Assembly (NCBI RefSeq): GCF_006345805.1
Contig: NC_042998.1
Coordinates: 85,994,001-86,058,000, forward strand
Reading direction: 5' to 3'
From: Octopus sinensis
Lineage: Eukaryota
DNA: 64,000 nucleotides
In this document: positions 50,084 through 63,074 of the stretch, piece by piece
How positions within the stretch are numbered: the stretch's first letter is position 1
Layout: each line of letters begins with the position of its first letter
Notes under the pieces: model-generated
What the model was told of the DNA's origin: nothing
Database searches by the model: none
Seen by the model: only the letters and a program-made list of their open reading frames with translations
Made by a program: the position numbers and the translations under genes

Positions 50084-51305
50084 AATCTAATAAATGCAAA
50101 AGCTAATTTCTGTGTGTCCCCTCTCTCACTATTCAATGACACTCCTACTGTTCCTCATGATGAGGTGAGAGTAATAGTAGACATAGAGATGGTGAGGGCA
50201 GTGGCAAAGACAGACAGAGAGAGAAAGAAAAAGAGAGGGAGAGAAAGAGAGACAAAGAAATTTAGGGAGAGTTGATATTATTTTGTTAAAAGTAGTAGTG
50301 TTGATGGTGGCAGTGGGAGTAATAATAAAAGAGAGAGAAAGAGGGAGATGATGTACAACTTTATTTAACCATGTCTCTTTAACAGAAATTCTTGTAGCCA
50401 ACATACTGAATACTATCATTTTTGTTTTATTTTTTGCTTTCTTTAATACACACACACACACAAAATATACACTTCAATTGAAATAAAGTTTCCCCAAAAT
50501 TAAACACATCTAATATAAAAGATGTGAATGTCAGTGTTTCACACTTTTTCAACTTCAATAAATCCTTTCTACTGGAAGCACAAGACCTCAAATTTTGGGG
50601 GAAGAGATTAAGTTGATTACATTGACTCCAGTACATAACTGGTACTAATTTTATTGACCTCAGCAGAATTCGAACTCAAAACCTAATGGCAGACAAAATA
50701 CTGATAAGCATTTCGTCTGGCGTGCTAATGGTTCTGCCAGCTTGCTACCTTAATGTAATATAATAATAATATAATAAATGTGAATGTTAGTGTGTCAGTG
50801 TGTCACACTTTTTCAACTTTACTCCTAGAGGCCATAGCCCAACATATACTATTTTGGAATCAGGCTGACTTTGTGAGTAAATTAAAAACAAATCCTGAAA
50901 TTTTGAATTTCCAAGTTTTCTTTACTGTGATTGTTTACAGTGATTTGTTTTTTTGCGTGACTTTTTACGACAAATTTTTTTGTACAATAGTAATTTTTAT
51001 AATATAAAGGCTAACTCCATGAGTAAATTAAAAACACTCTGGGCTGAATCCAGATCTGCAATCCTGAAATTTTGGATTCTTATGTTTTCATTACTGTGAC
51101 TGTTTCCAGCGATTGTTTTTTTTTTTACATGATCTTTTGCAATGAATATGATCATCATTGGGATATGACTTTGGAGGAAGTAGTTGCAACAAATTCTCCA
51201 AAACAAGGCAGAGATCTGTTAGCAGATCGTCCCATTTGGGATGAGTCACTCAAAACTTATATACTAGCTTAAAAGCCTCCCTATCGGGCAGTTTTTAAGC
51301 TAGTA
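50084..51305 (+). mobile_element. Composite Helitron cluster (5' starts near 50084, 50509, 50765; 3' CTAG|T at 51300-51304) with a nested family B SINE (50590-50755, -)
   Basis: Repeated TCTAATA(TA)A start motifs; duplicated 'tgtgaatg.cagtg..tcacactttttcaactt'; terminal palindrome 51262-51305. Confidence 0.55.
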
Positions 51306-51442
51306 CTATAACACATTTAATGTGGCTGCATAATTTCTTGACATTTCAAAATACTAAAAAAAAAAGAATGAAATAAAATTGAAATGAAAAATATACATGA
51401 AATGATATTTTGTCTCTGTTTTTTTTCTTTATCTTGTTTCAG

Positions 51443-51513
51443 TAACAAAGTAATGTACAAGATGCTTTCCATCATTTTCATTGGTTTGTTGTTGATGCTT
51501 GGCACAGTTGAAG
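51443..51513 (+). CDS. Cadherin-domain protein, signal-peptide exon (MYKMLSIIFIGLLLMLGTVE; ATG 51453)
   Basis: Strong pyrimidine tract plus TTTCAG acceptor; hydrophobic signal peptide; phase-1 donor G|GTACAG matching the next exon. Confidence 0.75.
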
Positions 51514-52779
51514 GTACAGTAATGAAAATTTTAACTTTAATAATAATCGATCAATTTTTTTAATACTGATTTACCCTACATTAGTAGAAACGTACTACCA
51601 GGTGACTATGGTTTAAGGCAGGTTCTAATATATAAAACAGTTGCCAAAGATAGCCTTATGAAGGTAGTATATTTGTTTAATTATTTTGTTATTATAATTC
51701 TGTTGAAATACACTATTTTTACTTCAGTTAATTCTGAAAATAATGGAAAATATAGTAACGTAACTTTGTTGTTATTATGCTGGCATCTGATACATAAATT
51801 AACATGAAATTTTGATGGAAAGTTTGAAATTAGATCACTTTAAAACAGGAGGTTTATATTATTAAAAGCAGGGGTGATCATAGGCAGGTTAGTATGAGAA
51901 GGATTTAATAACAAGACAGAATAAAGAAGCTCAAGCCTTTATAGTTGGTAGGACCTGATAGAAATTACTTCCAAATCCCAATTAAATCACTCTCTACAAC
52001 TCAAAAGGGATTAAATACAATAGCCACAATAAATAAATAAGGTTATATTTACTGACAAAAAAAAAAAAAAAACTAAACTAATGAACAAATCGAAAGAGGT
52101 AAAATGGTATTGTAACCCTAATGGTTAATTTTGTTGTTGAGCACTAACTGAATATTAATTGCTGCACAAAAATGATACTGACTTACAACTATCAAAACAT
52201 GCATATTTTTTATTGTTCTAAACATACATATTAACATCACATGCACGCACGCATGCACACACACACACACACTATTTAGTGTTCTTAATAAAACTTATAA
52301 AAAAATTAACAAAACATTGTATGATCCTATACTATTACTTGAGTCAAGTTTATTAATCAATTTAGAGTTGACTGGAAAGCCAAGTTTCACCTTAGTGGTT
52401 GAGTAAGCTGCTAAGGTGCAAAGTGTCTCAAAGTTCTGTCTCATCATTCTTAAAATATCGCATGTTAGATGACTAACACTGGATGTTTATATGCATACGG
52501 TTCTATCATTCCCACCCAACCACAACTGCCTTTTAGTTTCTAAGGTGTGTTCATCAACCACTTTTGGATTATTGCATAAGGGTAGAGTCATTGTTGATGA
52601 AGTTGCATAAGGGTATAGTCATTGTTGATGAACTAAATTCTGTGCTGCATTGGTCATAGAAAATTTAACACAAAATTGGAGATAGGTGGTCATTTAAGGG
52701 CTGATGGCTACTGACACAGGCAAATGGTTGCAATCAGATACTGGTTATACTTGATGTATGTACACACATCATTATCGTC

Positions 52780-53280
52780 ATCATCATCATTTAATGTCCC
52801 TGTTCCATGCTAGCATGAGTGGGATGGTACCACAAGAGCCAGCAAGGCTGAAGCCTGCACCAGACTTCTGTGACTGTTTTGGCAGGATTTTTACAGCTGG
52901 ATGCTCTTCCTAACATCAACCACTCAGCAGAATGGACTTAGTGTTTTTTATGTGGCACAAACACAGGCGAGGTGAGTAGTACTTTTTACGGGGCACAAGC
53001 ACAGGCAAGGATATATATATATATGTATGTATGCATACACACACACACACATTCATCATCATAATTTAATGTTCTCCTCCCATGCTAGCATGGATTAGAT
53101 AGTTTGACAAAAACTGGCTAGTCGGAAGACTGCACCAAGCTCTGTCTGCTTTAGCATGGCTACTATCACAAGGTGCCCTTCCTAATGCCAACCACTTTGC
53201 AAGGAATACTGGGTGCTTTTTATGTAGCACCAGCAGCAGTGAGATCACCAAGTAACTTGCAAACTGAGGCCCTTTAATTG
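52780..53280 (-). mobile_element. Two RTE 3'UTR fragments
   Basis: catcat..tttaatgt..ccatgctagcatg motifs at 52780 and 53060. Confidence 0.7.
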
Positions 53281-53390
53281 AGAGAAGGAGTAGTTTTGAG
53301 GGAGGTTTATTTGTGTCAGGTGATAAAGGGGTGGAGTATGAATAGAGGAACAGAAATAAGTGTCTTGCAGTGGAAGAGATGCCTAAATAC

Positions 53391-53392
<2 letters not shown>

Positions 53393-53460
<68 letters not shown>
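53393..53460. repeat. (GA)n microsatellite
   Basis: Direct reading. Confidence 0.95.
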
Positions 53461-53465
<5 letters not shown>

Positions 53466-53581
53466 GAGATGGAAAAGGAAAGAGAAGAGCAAATGGGAAA
53501 GATGTGATAGGAGTGGCACACTTAATTTATTGGGAAGTGTATATAAGTGAAGTGGAAGCAAAGATTGGATAGGGTGAGTGG

Positions 53582-53706
53582 GTGGGTAAGTGAACAAATC
53601 TGCAAAAGGAGAGTAGGAAATGGAGGAGAGAGATTGTAGTGAGTGGGTAAGTGAAGAAATCTGCAAAAGGAAAGTAGGAAATGGAGGAAAGAGATTGTAG
53701 TGAGTG
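53582..53706. repeat. 61-bp tandem duplication in a purine-rich tract
   Basis: gtgggtaagtgaa.aaatctgcaaaagga.agtaggaaatggagga.agagattgtagtga x2. Confidence 0.85.
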
Positions 53707-55066
53707 GACACAAGTAGAAAGAGGGAAGTGTTAGAAGATGGTATGGGGAAGATATCTGACAGGGACAGAGGAACAAATTGTATGCAGATAAGTTTGTGAG
53801 GGAGTGAAATGACAGTGGGAGATAGAGAGGAGGGGAAGATAATGAGCAGTGAACAGGGGTGGGAGTGTTTGGGTTGTTGTGTTGGTGGGAGTTGTCAGGG
53901 TTGGGTATACTAACACCAGTTGTAAACTAGGTGATCAATACTGTTATAACAGTAAAAAGGTTTACTTTGTTATGATAAAATTTTAGCTCAATTTATTCTT
54001 CTACCAATGCGTCCACTAATTATCTAATCTGATCTCTAACTCAACTGTAGCCCCTGTTATGAATTCCAGCAAAATAGACTGAAATGGTTAGAGGTAGATA
54101 CACAAAAAAACATTTTGTTTCAGCTTAATATAATAATTAGTCAGCTAAATTCTATTTAGTAAAAGCCAAACCAGCAAGTGACCATCTATGTAGCCATTTG
54201 AACTGTCAATATTGCAGCAAAATTTTCCTTTACATACCTACTATTGGAGGCAAAATATAATCTTAGGTCTTCATGCTCAGAATAAAAACAAGCTTCTTAC
54301 AACTAGAGAACTAATTGACTGATCCTTTAAAAGGATGAGCTGACTAAAGAAAGCAAATCAACAATGACAATATTCTGTTATAGATTAATTGTAACCCAAT
54401 ATTTAATTCTGAGATTTCCTTTGTTTTGCGTTATCTCTTCTTTTTAAGCGTGAAACTTGAAGTAAGCAGCATAAAAAATACCAACGTATTAAATGATTTA
54501 TTGTTAAAAAAAAAGCACATACTGACCTCATAAGAGGGTCACAACTAAAGGCTTTTTCTTTCTTGTAATGTGTCTCAGATCTGGTGGTATCCATCTATAG
54601 TTAGAAATCATAGGTGTAATGAGTACAGCCAGCTAAATGAGCCATCTATTTCTCAGATTTGTACCATTTTAATTTTAGTCTCTGAGAATTAAATCTTGTA
54701 ATTCTAATTAGAATAATCCAAGAAATTAAAATTTTGATTGCCGCTTGTAAAAATTGTTCCCATTGAGGAATAGAAATTAGAATTTTGAGATTTACATTAT
54801 TGAATTGAATTTCAAATTGAGTTTTAATTTCAGTTTGAAGTCTTTATTTTTTTTTTTTATCTTCTGCTGGTCTTAAACTATAAAAACAGTATAGTTCTAC
54901 AGTGTTTATGATACATTTACCTTTTCAGCAAGCTACAGTAAATAGTTTATTATAGATTTGATCATAAAAGAATTATACTACTTTATATTTCTATTTCATT
55001 GTTTCAACCAATGCTTCATATGCCATATCAGATACTTCAATATGAATATTTTTTTTGTTATGTCAG

Positions 55067-55120
55067 CTGCCACCAGTGATTTGCCTCAAAAAATAGAAGT
55101 AAAGGAAAATCAAAACGCTG
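55067..55120 (+). CDS. Cadherin-domain protein exon (A)ATSDLPQKIEVKENQNA(G)
   Basis: GTCAG acceptor, G|GTAAGG donor, phase 1-1, 54 nt; contains the cadherin xIxVxEN motif. Confidence 0.8.
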
Positions 55121-57010
55121 GTAAGGAAATTTTTGTTTAATAGATCAAGTTAATTTTGCATCTTTTAAAAACACGATATAAATTTATTTCATAGGAAAAC
55201 ATCTAGAAAAGAGAGATAAGAATGATTAACTTCAGTCACACTATTACCTTATATATATATATATGTAAAATGAGGAAACATCAAGAAATATGTAAGTCTT
55301 CTAAATGAGATATGTCTTGAATACCAATCCAGCTATAAATACTAAATACTGTCTCATAATACACCAGGTTAACAAAGCAGAAAGCTACCTGCAAGACAGT
55401 CATGATACCAATTCACTAGAGTAACTCTCTGACTTTAATCCATCCAAATCAGTTGCTTTTATCTAATAAGTGAGAAACCAAGTTTGTTTACATTCAGAAT
55501 GTAAATATGGAAGCATTGAGTATTATGTAAACAAGTCTTCTATCAATAATGTATCTCTAATGCCACTTCAGCCATAAATGATAGCTCATAATACATAAAT
55601 GTATGACATTGTATATGGCTAAATCAAAACTTACTACAAGCCTGTTGCAACATCCAAATAGTTTCCGTAAGAGATTTTTAAATAGAACTTCACACAGATA
55701 TATTGCTTTTTCAATCCTTCATTATTCAATTTAGGCAAACTGTGAAATGCACAGAAACAGTCAATCATTCTAGCATGTGTAGATTAATGATTAACTGATG
55801 TGACTATATCAGATTTAAAGTCAAGGTCATTCATGCATGACATGATAGGTATGATGTTTAAAAATTTGGGTTTACCCTTATCATCATCATTTTTTTCATG
55901 CTCCCATGGATTGGATGATAACCTCTCACCCTTCAGCACTTGCCATGACCCTTCACTTGCCAGGATACATGTACCAGAAGGGAAAGCTACCATGGGCTAA
56001 TTTTTATTGTAGAAGTGAATGGGTGCATTCTTATTGCACCGCCAGCATTTAGGGATTTTCAGCCAGGACTACAGAATTCTCTCTATCCTATATCTGATGT
56101 TAGTCAAAGTTACTGCTCACCTTGGCAGGTTGACTTCACTGTGACTTGTGGAGATCACATATTCATTTCCTTTTATGTTTTTGACATGGTTTTTATGATC
56201 AAATGCCTTCCCACTGCCATCTATTTTACAGCATTGGTTGGGTGCATTTTATTATGCTACCAGTACCAGAGCATTTATCTACCAATACTAAAGAGTCCCC
56301 CATCACACACACAAACATGTACATGTGTATGTCTCTATAAAGATATGATACTGGATTATTTATTCATAAATCTTGAGTTCAGTGTAACAAAGAACATTTC
56401 ATTATTTGGACACTAAGTTTTAAATAATAGACTCTACATATCTCAGTTCAACATCAAGATTATCTGTTTGATTATCTGATAATCTTAACTGCAATATACT
56501 ATAGTCTTGTCAAAGGAAAAATTTATTTCTTGTCTGCTAATGCCATAAAATCTGAAGCCTATTTTCAGTCATGTAGAAACAATATACCCATACACAAAAG
56601 GGAAAATAAAATACACAAACAAGGTCATACAATATTCATCAGAAAGACCACAAATTTTAGCCAGAGGACAGTAGTTGAAGCAGTCTTTATACCAAATATC
56701 AAACCAGTTGCACAATAGAAAAGTATCAAATGAGGCATCGTAGTTGAATATTTTTCATCTACATCTGTCACATGCATAACTTGTTTTTTTTAATGTCAAC
56801 TGAAATGAAGGTTGTTGAAAATCAGTCATAATAATATTCGAAACAAAAGGCTTTAAATGTCTATGAGTTGTACCAGAATCAATAGCACAATAAACTGAAA
56901 CCTTCAAAAATGACTAAAGCAGAACGAAAATACTCAGTGTACACATTGTGATCTTGGCTCAGTGTAATTCAGAAAACATTATTTTTTGGTAATTTAAGAA
57001 ATGACTAATA

Positions 57011-58271
57011 CGAGGGGCGTTCAATAAGTAATGCCCCTGACTCACTTCTCATAGCAGTAGAGCAACGAAACTTGGCACAGTTATTAGTCTTTTTCTACAT
57101 AGGAACCACCCAGAGTTACGCATTTCTCCCATCGTTTGATGCAGCTCTGGAGACCGTTTTTGTAGAGGACCCCAGCTTGGTCCTCCAACCACGACGTGAC
57201 TTCAGAAATCAAGGCTGTATCATCTGGGAAACGCTTTCCTTTCAAAAACAACCTCATGGCTGGGAAGAGGTGAAAATCAGAGAGTGCAAGGTCAGGAGAG
57301 TTGGGGGATGGGGGAGGAGTTCATAGCCGCACGCCTGTGCTTCTGATCTGGCAACACGTGAGTTGTGGACCGGAGCGTTGTCCTGCAGGAGGAGGATGCC
57401 TTTGCTGATCTTGCCCTGCCTCTTGATTTTGATAGCTTCTCTTAATTTCCTCAAAAGTGAAGCATAATAAGCTCCTGTAATTGTGGAACCCTTTGCCAGG
57501 AACCCTGTTATCACTATTCCGTCCTGGTCCCAGAAGACTATGAGCATGACCTTGCCAGCGGAGGGCTGCACCCTTGCCCTCTTTGGAGGAGGTGAGTCAC
57601 GGTGCTTCCACTGCATTGACTGGGCTTTGATCTCTAGATCATAGTGATGGACCCAGGTTTCATCCTGGGTAATCAGTCTTTTGAAAAATTTTGTCTCATC
57701 TTCTTGGTACATCTCCAAATTCATCCTTGAGCACTCAACGCGTTCTTGCTTCTGGAAAGGTGTGAGCAACTTGGGAATCCATCTGGCAGACACCTTTTGC
57801 ATATGCAAATGGTCATAAATGATAGTTTCCACAGACTCGGTACTAATCTTGACCTCATAGGCTATTTGGCGAATAGTTATGCGTCTATCTTCCAAAATGG
57901 CAGCCTCAACTTGACGGACAGATGCCTCATCAATGGCAGAAAGGGGGCAACCAGATCTGGGAGCTGTTTCCACAGAGTTCCGACCATGTTTGAATCCACG
58001 ATGCCAGCGTTTTACAAGGTCATATGATGGGGCATCATTACCATAAGTTACTTTCATTTCATCAAAAGTCTCCCGGATCACTGCTCGACACTCAACAGGC
58101 TCCATTTCACACTTGACTCAGTTCAAACACCTGTAAATCAGAAACCACAATTAGTTCAGAGCTGTAATTTGCCACTTAATCTATAGAGATAGAAATGATT
58201 TCACATGCAAAATTTCAGCTAGATCAAACAACTGCAAATGGGTCAGGGCATTACTTATTGATCGTCCCTCG
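57011..58271 (-). mobile_element. Full-length mariner (Tc1/mariner, DD34D) transposon
   Basis: About 30-bp TIRs CGAGGG(G/A)CG(T/A)TCAATAAGTAATGCCC, TA on both sides, 1261 bp. Confidence 0.95.
57084..58105 (-). pseudogene. mariner transposase with a single 1-bp frameshift
   Basis: ITQDETWVHHY, LLQDNAPVH, then HPP[frameshift]SPDLALSDFHLF...WEKCVTLGGSYVEKD*; 1022 nt is one base short of 341 codons. Confidence 0.92.
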
Positions 58272-58442
58272 TAAAACTGCAGTTAGCCAAAATACATGCT
58301 AATGTTTTAATGTTTTTGATTCATAGTACTCAAAATAGTTTATAATCTTTAATCAATTAGAGAAGCACAGTGACTGTACTGTAGGGTTAACAGCCTGGAC
58401 TATTGACTGCTTGTATATGATTTCAAAATCTTCCTACTGGAA

Positions 58443-61331
58443 CATCATCATCATCATCATCGTTTAACGTCCGCTTTCCATGCTAGCATGGGTTGGACGA
58501 TTTTGACTGAGGGCTGGGGAACCAGATGGCTGCACCAGACTCAAATCTTGATTTGGCAGAGTTTCTACAGCTGGATGCCCTTCCTAACGCCAACCACTCC
58601 GAGAGTGTAGTGGATGCTTTTTACGGGCCACTCATGTGGTACTGGCAATGACCGCGCTCGAATCCTTTTACACATGCCACCAGCACAGGTGCCAGTAAGG
58701 CGATGTTGGTAACGAACACACTCGAATGGTGCCCTTTTACGTGCCACTGGCACGGAAGCAGTCGGCTGCTCTGGCAACGATCACGCTCAGATGGTGCTCT
58801 TGGCACCCTACTAGCACAGGCACAAGTGCCAGTAAGGCGACGCTGGTAATGATCATGCTCGAATGGTGCCCTTTAAGTGCCACTGGCACGGAAGCCAGTT
58901 AGCCGCTCTGTCAATGATCACACTCGTATGGTGCCCTTTAAGTGCCACTGGCACGGAAGCCAGTTAGCCGCTCTGTCAATGATCACGCTCGTATGGTGCT
59001 CTATGCACCCTGCTATCAGGGACACCAGTCATCGAATTTGATTTTGATTTTGATTTTGCTTTTGATTGATTTCACTTGCCTCAACAGGTCTTCGCAAGCA
59101 GAGATTTAGTGTCCAAAGAAGGAAACGGTACGCATAAGTGGGCTGGTTATGCCCCTAGCATAGGCCATGAGATTATGGTTTCATTTGGCATATTTCCAAA
59201 GGTCTCGATCACTAGTCATTTCCTTGGTGAGGCCTAAAGTTCAAAGGTTGTGCTTCACCACTTCATCCCAGGCCTTCCTGGGTCTACCTCTTCCACAGGT
59301 TCCCTCAACCGCTAGGGTGTGGCACTTTTTCACACAGCTGTCCTCATCCATTCTTGCCACATGACCATACCAGCGCAGTCGTCTCTCTTGCACACCACAT
59401 CTGATGATTCTTAGGTCCAACATTTCTCTCAAGGTACACACTCTGTCGAGTATGCACACTGACATTACACATCCATCGGATCATACTGGCTTCATTCCTT
59501 GCAAGCTTACGCATGTCGTCAGCAGTCACAGCCCATGTTTCACTGCCATGTAGCATGGCTGTTCGTACACAAGCGTCATACAGTCTACCTTTTACTCTGA
59601 GCGAGAAGCCCTTTGTCGCCAGCAGAGGTAAGAGCTCTCTGAACTTTTCCCAAGCTATTCTTATTCTAGCAGCTACACTTTCAGCACACCCACCTCCACT
59701 ACTGACTTGGTCCCCTAGGTAACGAAAGCTATCCAATACTTCTAGTTTTTTCTCCCTGGAATGTGGCAGAAGTTGGTCTCAGAGCATTTCCAGTGTTTAT
59801 TGCTCCTGAGCATCTGCCACATACAAAAAGTATCTTCCCCGTTAGCCTTCCTTTGATATTACTGCACCTCTTATGTGTCCATAGCTTACACTGGGTGCAT
59901 CTTATAGAGTTTCTACCTACACCTCTACTACAGATTGAACAGGGCCATCTACCTGAAGGGATTTGTGGTTTGCCTGCCTTCCTATATATTAGGACTTTGG
60001 TTTTAGCTAGGTTGATCCTAAGGCCCTTCGATTCTAATCCTTGTTTCCACACTTGAAACTTTGCCTCTAGTTCTGATAGTGACTCAGCAAGTAGAGCAAG
60101 GTCATCAGCATAGAGGAGCTCCCAGGGGCATCCTGTCTTGAATTCCTCCATTATTGCCTAGAGGACTATGATGAATAGGAGGGGGCGGAGGACTGAGCCT
60201 TGGTGGTCTCCTACCTCTACCCTGAAGTCTTCAGTGTACTCGTTGCCAACCCTCACCTTACTTACAGCGTCCCTGTACATGGCTTGCACAGCTCTCACTA
60301 ACCATTCATCTATCCCTAGTTTCCTCATTGACCACCAGATAAGGGATCGGGGGACCCTGTCAAAAGCTTTCTCCATGTCAACGAAAACCAGGTACAGGGG
60401 CTTATCTTTGGTCAGGTATTTCTCTTGCAGCTGTATTACCACAAATATGGCATCAGTGGTGCTTTTCCCTGGCACGAAACCAAACTATATCTCATCCAAG
60501 TTGGCTCTTTCCCTAATCAGTTGGGCTATAACCCTCTCCGCAACCTTCATTACCTGATCCAACAGCTTGATACCTCTGTAATTATTTGTATCTAAAGCGT
60601 CACCTTTACCTTTGTAGCAGTTGACTATTATGCTGCTACACCAGTCATTGGGTATGATTCCTTCGTGTATCACCTGGTTAACTATACGGGTGACTAGGCT
60701 ATAGCCGACACTGCCAGATATTTTGAGCATCTCTGCAGTAATTCCTGATGGGCCTGGGGCCTTCCCTGTCTTCATGCTTCTAATTGCCTTAGGAACTGTC
60801 AACTCAGATAGCTGGTTCCTCTGTTGGGTCGACATTTGGCAGACTCTCGTTCTCCCATTCATTTTCTTTATTCAGCAACCTTTCATAGTGGTGTCTCCAA
60901 ACCTCTCTCTTTGCATCCTCATTCAGCGCAAGTGAACCATCATCTAGCTCCCCTTTGGGTAGTCTGATACAATTCCCTGCTACCACCGTTCTTCCAGTCC
61001 TTCCAAGTCTGTTTCTTTTGTCTAATAGCCCTGTCAACAACATTGTTCCACCACCAAGTTATTTTGGGTCGGGAGGGGACTTTGCACCATCCACAGATCT
61101 GGTCGGTGACCCTTAGCAGGTTGTTCCATAGGAACCTCCAGTAGTCTTCTATACCATGTGAAGCTATATCCCCTTCTATTTCGTCAAAGGGTTTGAGTAA
61201 TATGTCTCTAAATCTCTTTCCATTTGCAGGATCTTTAAGTCTTCAGACCCTTCTTCTCCTTGCTGGTCGTCTTCTGGGCATCCATTTAGCCCTGATCCTG
61301 AAGTCACTAACTACTAGTCTATGTTGCAGGT
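58443..61331 (-). mobile_element. RTE-clade LINE, 5'-truncated in the endonuclease, frameshifted RT, VNTR-containing 3'UTR
   Basis: QHRLVVSDF, GKAPGPSGI, NYRGIKLLD, FVDMEKAFD, LLYADD, FRYLGD, RRLRWYGHV; (CAT)n tail at 58443. Confidence 0.95.
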
Positions 61332-61339
61332 TGCCTGTC

Positions 61340-61562
61340 CTATGTATCACATGACAAACACAGGACATATTTTCCTATAGCCCATATTTCATATTTTATA
61401 CATATCCCCAATTTTTTCATTCACTAGAGTAGCTTGGGACTTTGGAAAAGAGTGTTTTATATTACTCAGAATATATGAAGCAAAGAATAACTAAAAGTCT
61501 GAAAACAATCGTAGACATTTAGGACAAACTTATGCAAATGCTTTTGGCAGGTAAAGGGTTAA
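61340..61562. mobile_element. piggyBac-like element right end
   Basis: Ends GGTAAAGGG|TTAA; left terminus not found. Confidence 0.35.
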
Positions 61563-61784
61563 GCGAGGCACAAAATGTGTTTTGTTCCAGTTTGCTTGAC
61601 TGGTAAAATCATTCTAGTAAGGGCATCCAGTTACAAAAAGAAATGTTTTCAATAAATGCCATCTTATCTTTTCTAGTATGCAAAAATTGATTATAAAACA
61701 GTAAAAATGAAAGAAAAACAAAATGCTGAGAATACCATGAATTTAATGCTATCATTTTTACTCATAGTAAATTTTCTTTTTCAG

Positions 61785-61957
61785 GCACTGTTGTTGTAAC
61801 TGTTGAAGTGACTGGAAACAATTTCCCTAAATTAATTTTAGTGAGAGATATACTGAACTATTTAAAAGTAGTAGATAATCCTTCTTGTACTAATACTGCA
61901 TCATGTAACAAGTTTGATTTGGTTACCATAAAAGAAATTGACAGAGAAAAAGTTCCG
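61785..61957 (+). CDS. Cadherin-domain protein exon (G)TVVVTVEVTGNNFPKL...FDLVTIKEIDREKVP
   Basis: Pyrimidine tract plus TTTCAG acceptor, CCG|GTATGT donor, 173 nt (phase 1 to 0); completes ENxxxGTxV..V and the DRE motif of a cadherin repeat. Confidence 0.85.
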
Positions 61958-63074
61958 GTATGTACAAAACTTCTTGAAATAATTTCCACATGCTGACATT
62001 AATAAATAATGAAAATGAAATAAAATAAATAAAAAACAAAACAGCATTGTTGATAAGGGCATTTTCATTTATCTTTATTTATAAAACTTGTAGTCACTCA
62101 GTTGAAAATGGGATGAGACATAAAATGATAAAAAGTTCATTGGTTAATTGAGAATATAGGCCCATTTGAGAGCACACTGTCTGAGAGTGGTGGTAGACTA
62201 AAGTAAACACAGAAGGTTTTGCACTTGGTGACTATAAATGAGATGGGGAGGAAAGAGAATTTTGTACAAAATTTAGTCATGTCGACTGAAAAGTGTCAGA
62301 TATGAGAATTCTTGGACATTAGTATAGATTTTCTTGATAACAAATGAGAAATCTCAGGTGCAATTTCGAAAGTGGAATATCTTGCAGATTGTATGAAGTC
62401 ACAAGTGAAAATCAAGTGTGAAGATTTCAGCTTTCCCTTGAATTGAGTTACAGTTTGAATAATTGCAGCAACAGCCTGAACCTTGCTAAAAGCATCTAAA
62501 TATCCAGAAACTGGTTTAAAATCGAGCAGCATGTTATGTTTACTATTTCAAAAGTAGACTGTTTTTATCATGATACCAGTGATAGAGAGGTTGTTTTGAA
62601 GGACTTGGAACATCATCTTTCAGAGGAAGGTTCTTCATTTTTGAGTAATGAAGCATCTAGGTGGTCTGCTTTATTGTAGAGATCATGTCTCTCTTGAGGT
62701 GAATCACTATTGTAGGACGTATTAGGTTTACAGTATTTCCAGAGATATAGTGTAAAACAAAGTAAACTAGAAGTGGATTTGAAAATGAACCAATATTTCC
62801 TCAAGGACCAATAAAATGAATCTTAACAAATAAAGTGTTGTATTAAAGAAAAGTGGTGTGAAAATGCAAAAGTATATTGGTATAGTGTATCAGATGAAGC
62901 ATCAATAGCTCAGAGTTAGCTTAAATTATTAAAAAGGGAAAAGGCAGTGAATATGATTTGATTGGTTAGAAAGAAATGGAAAATAGTTGATCAAGAGAAA
63001 GAAGCATGACAAAGACTGTAAAAATGATAAGAAACACAAAGTAGATATAATTTAACTGTAGTTCTGTAGTTGCA

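Noticed and set aside
51586-51663. Extra exon candidate (RNVLPGDYGLRQVLIYKTVAKDSLMK) after the signal-peptide exon
   Set aside because: In the phase set by the 51513 donor it hits a stop; 51513 joins cleanly to 55067 without it
56015-56718. Plus-strand ORFs of 133 and 62 aa inside the cadherin intron
   Set aside because: No cadherin or other motif, and exons 55120 and 61785 already join in frame to give the expected ENxxxGTxV motif
58620-59030. CRISPR-like repeat array
   Set aside because: Eukaryotic context, no unique spacers, no cas genes; it is a LINE 3'UTR minisatellite
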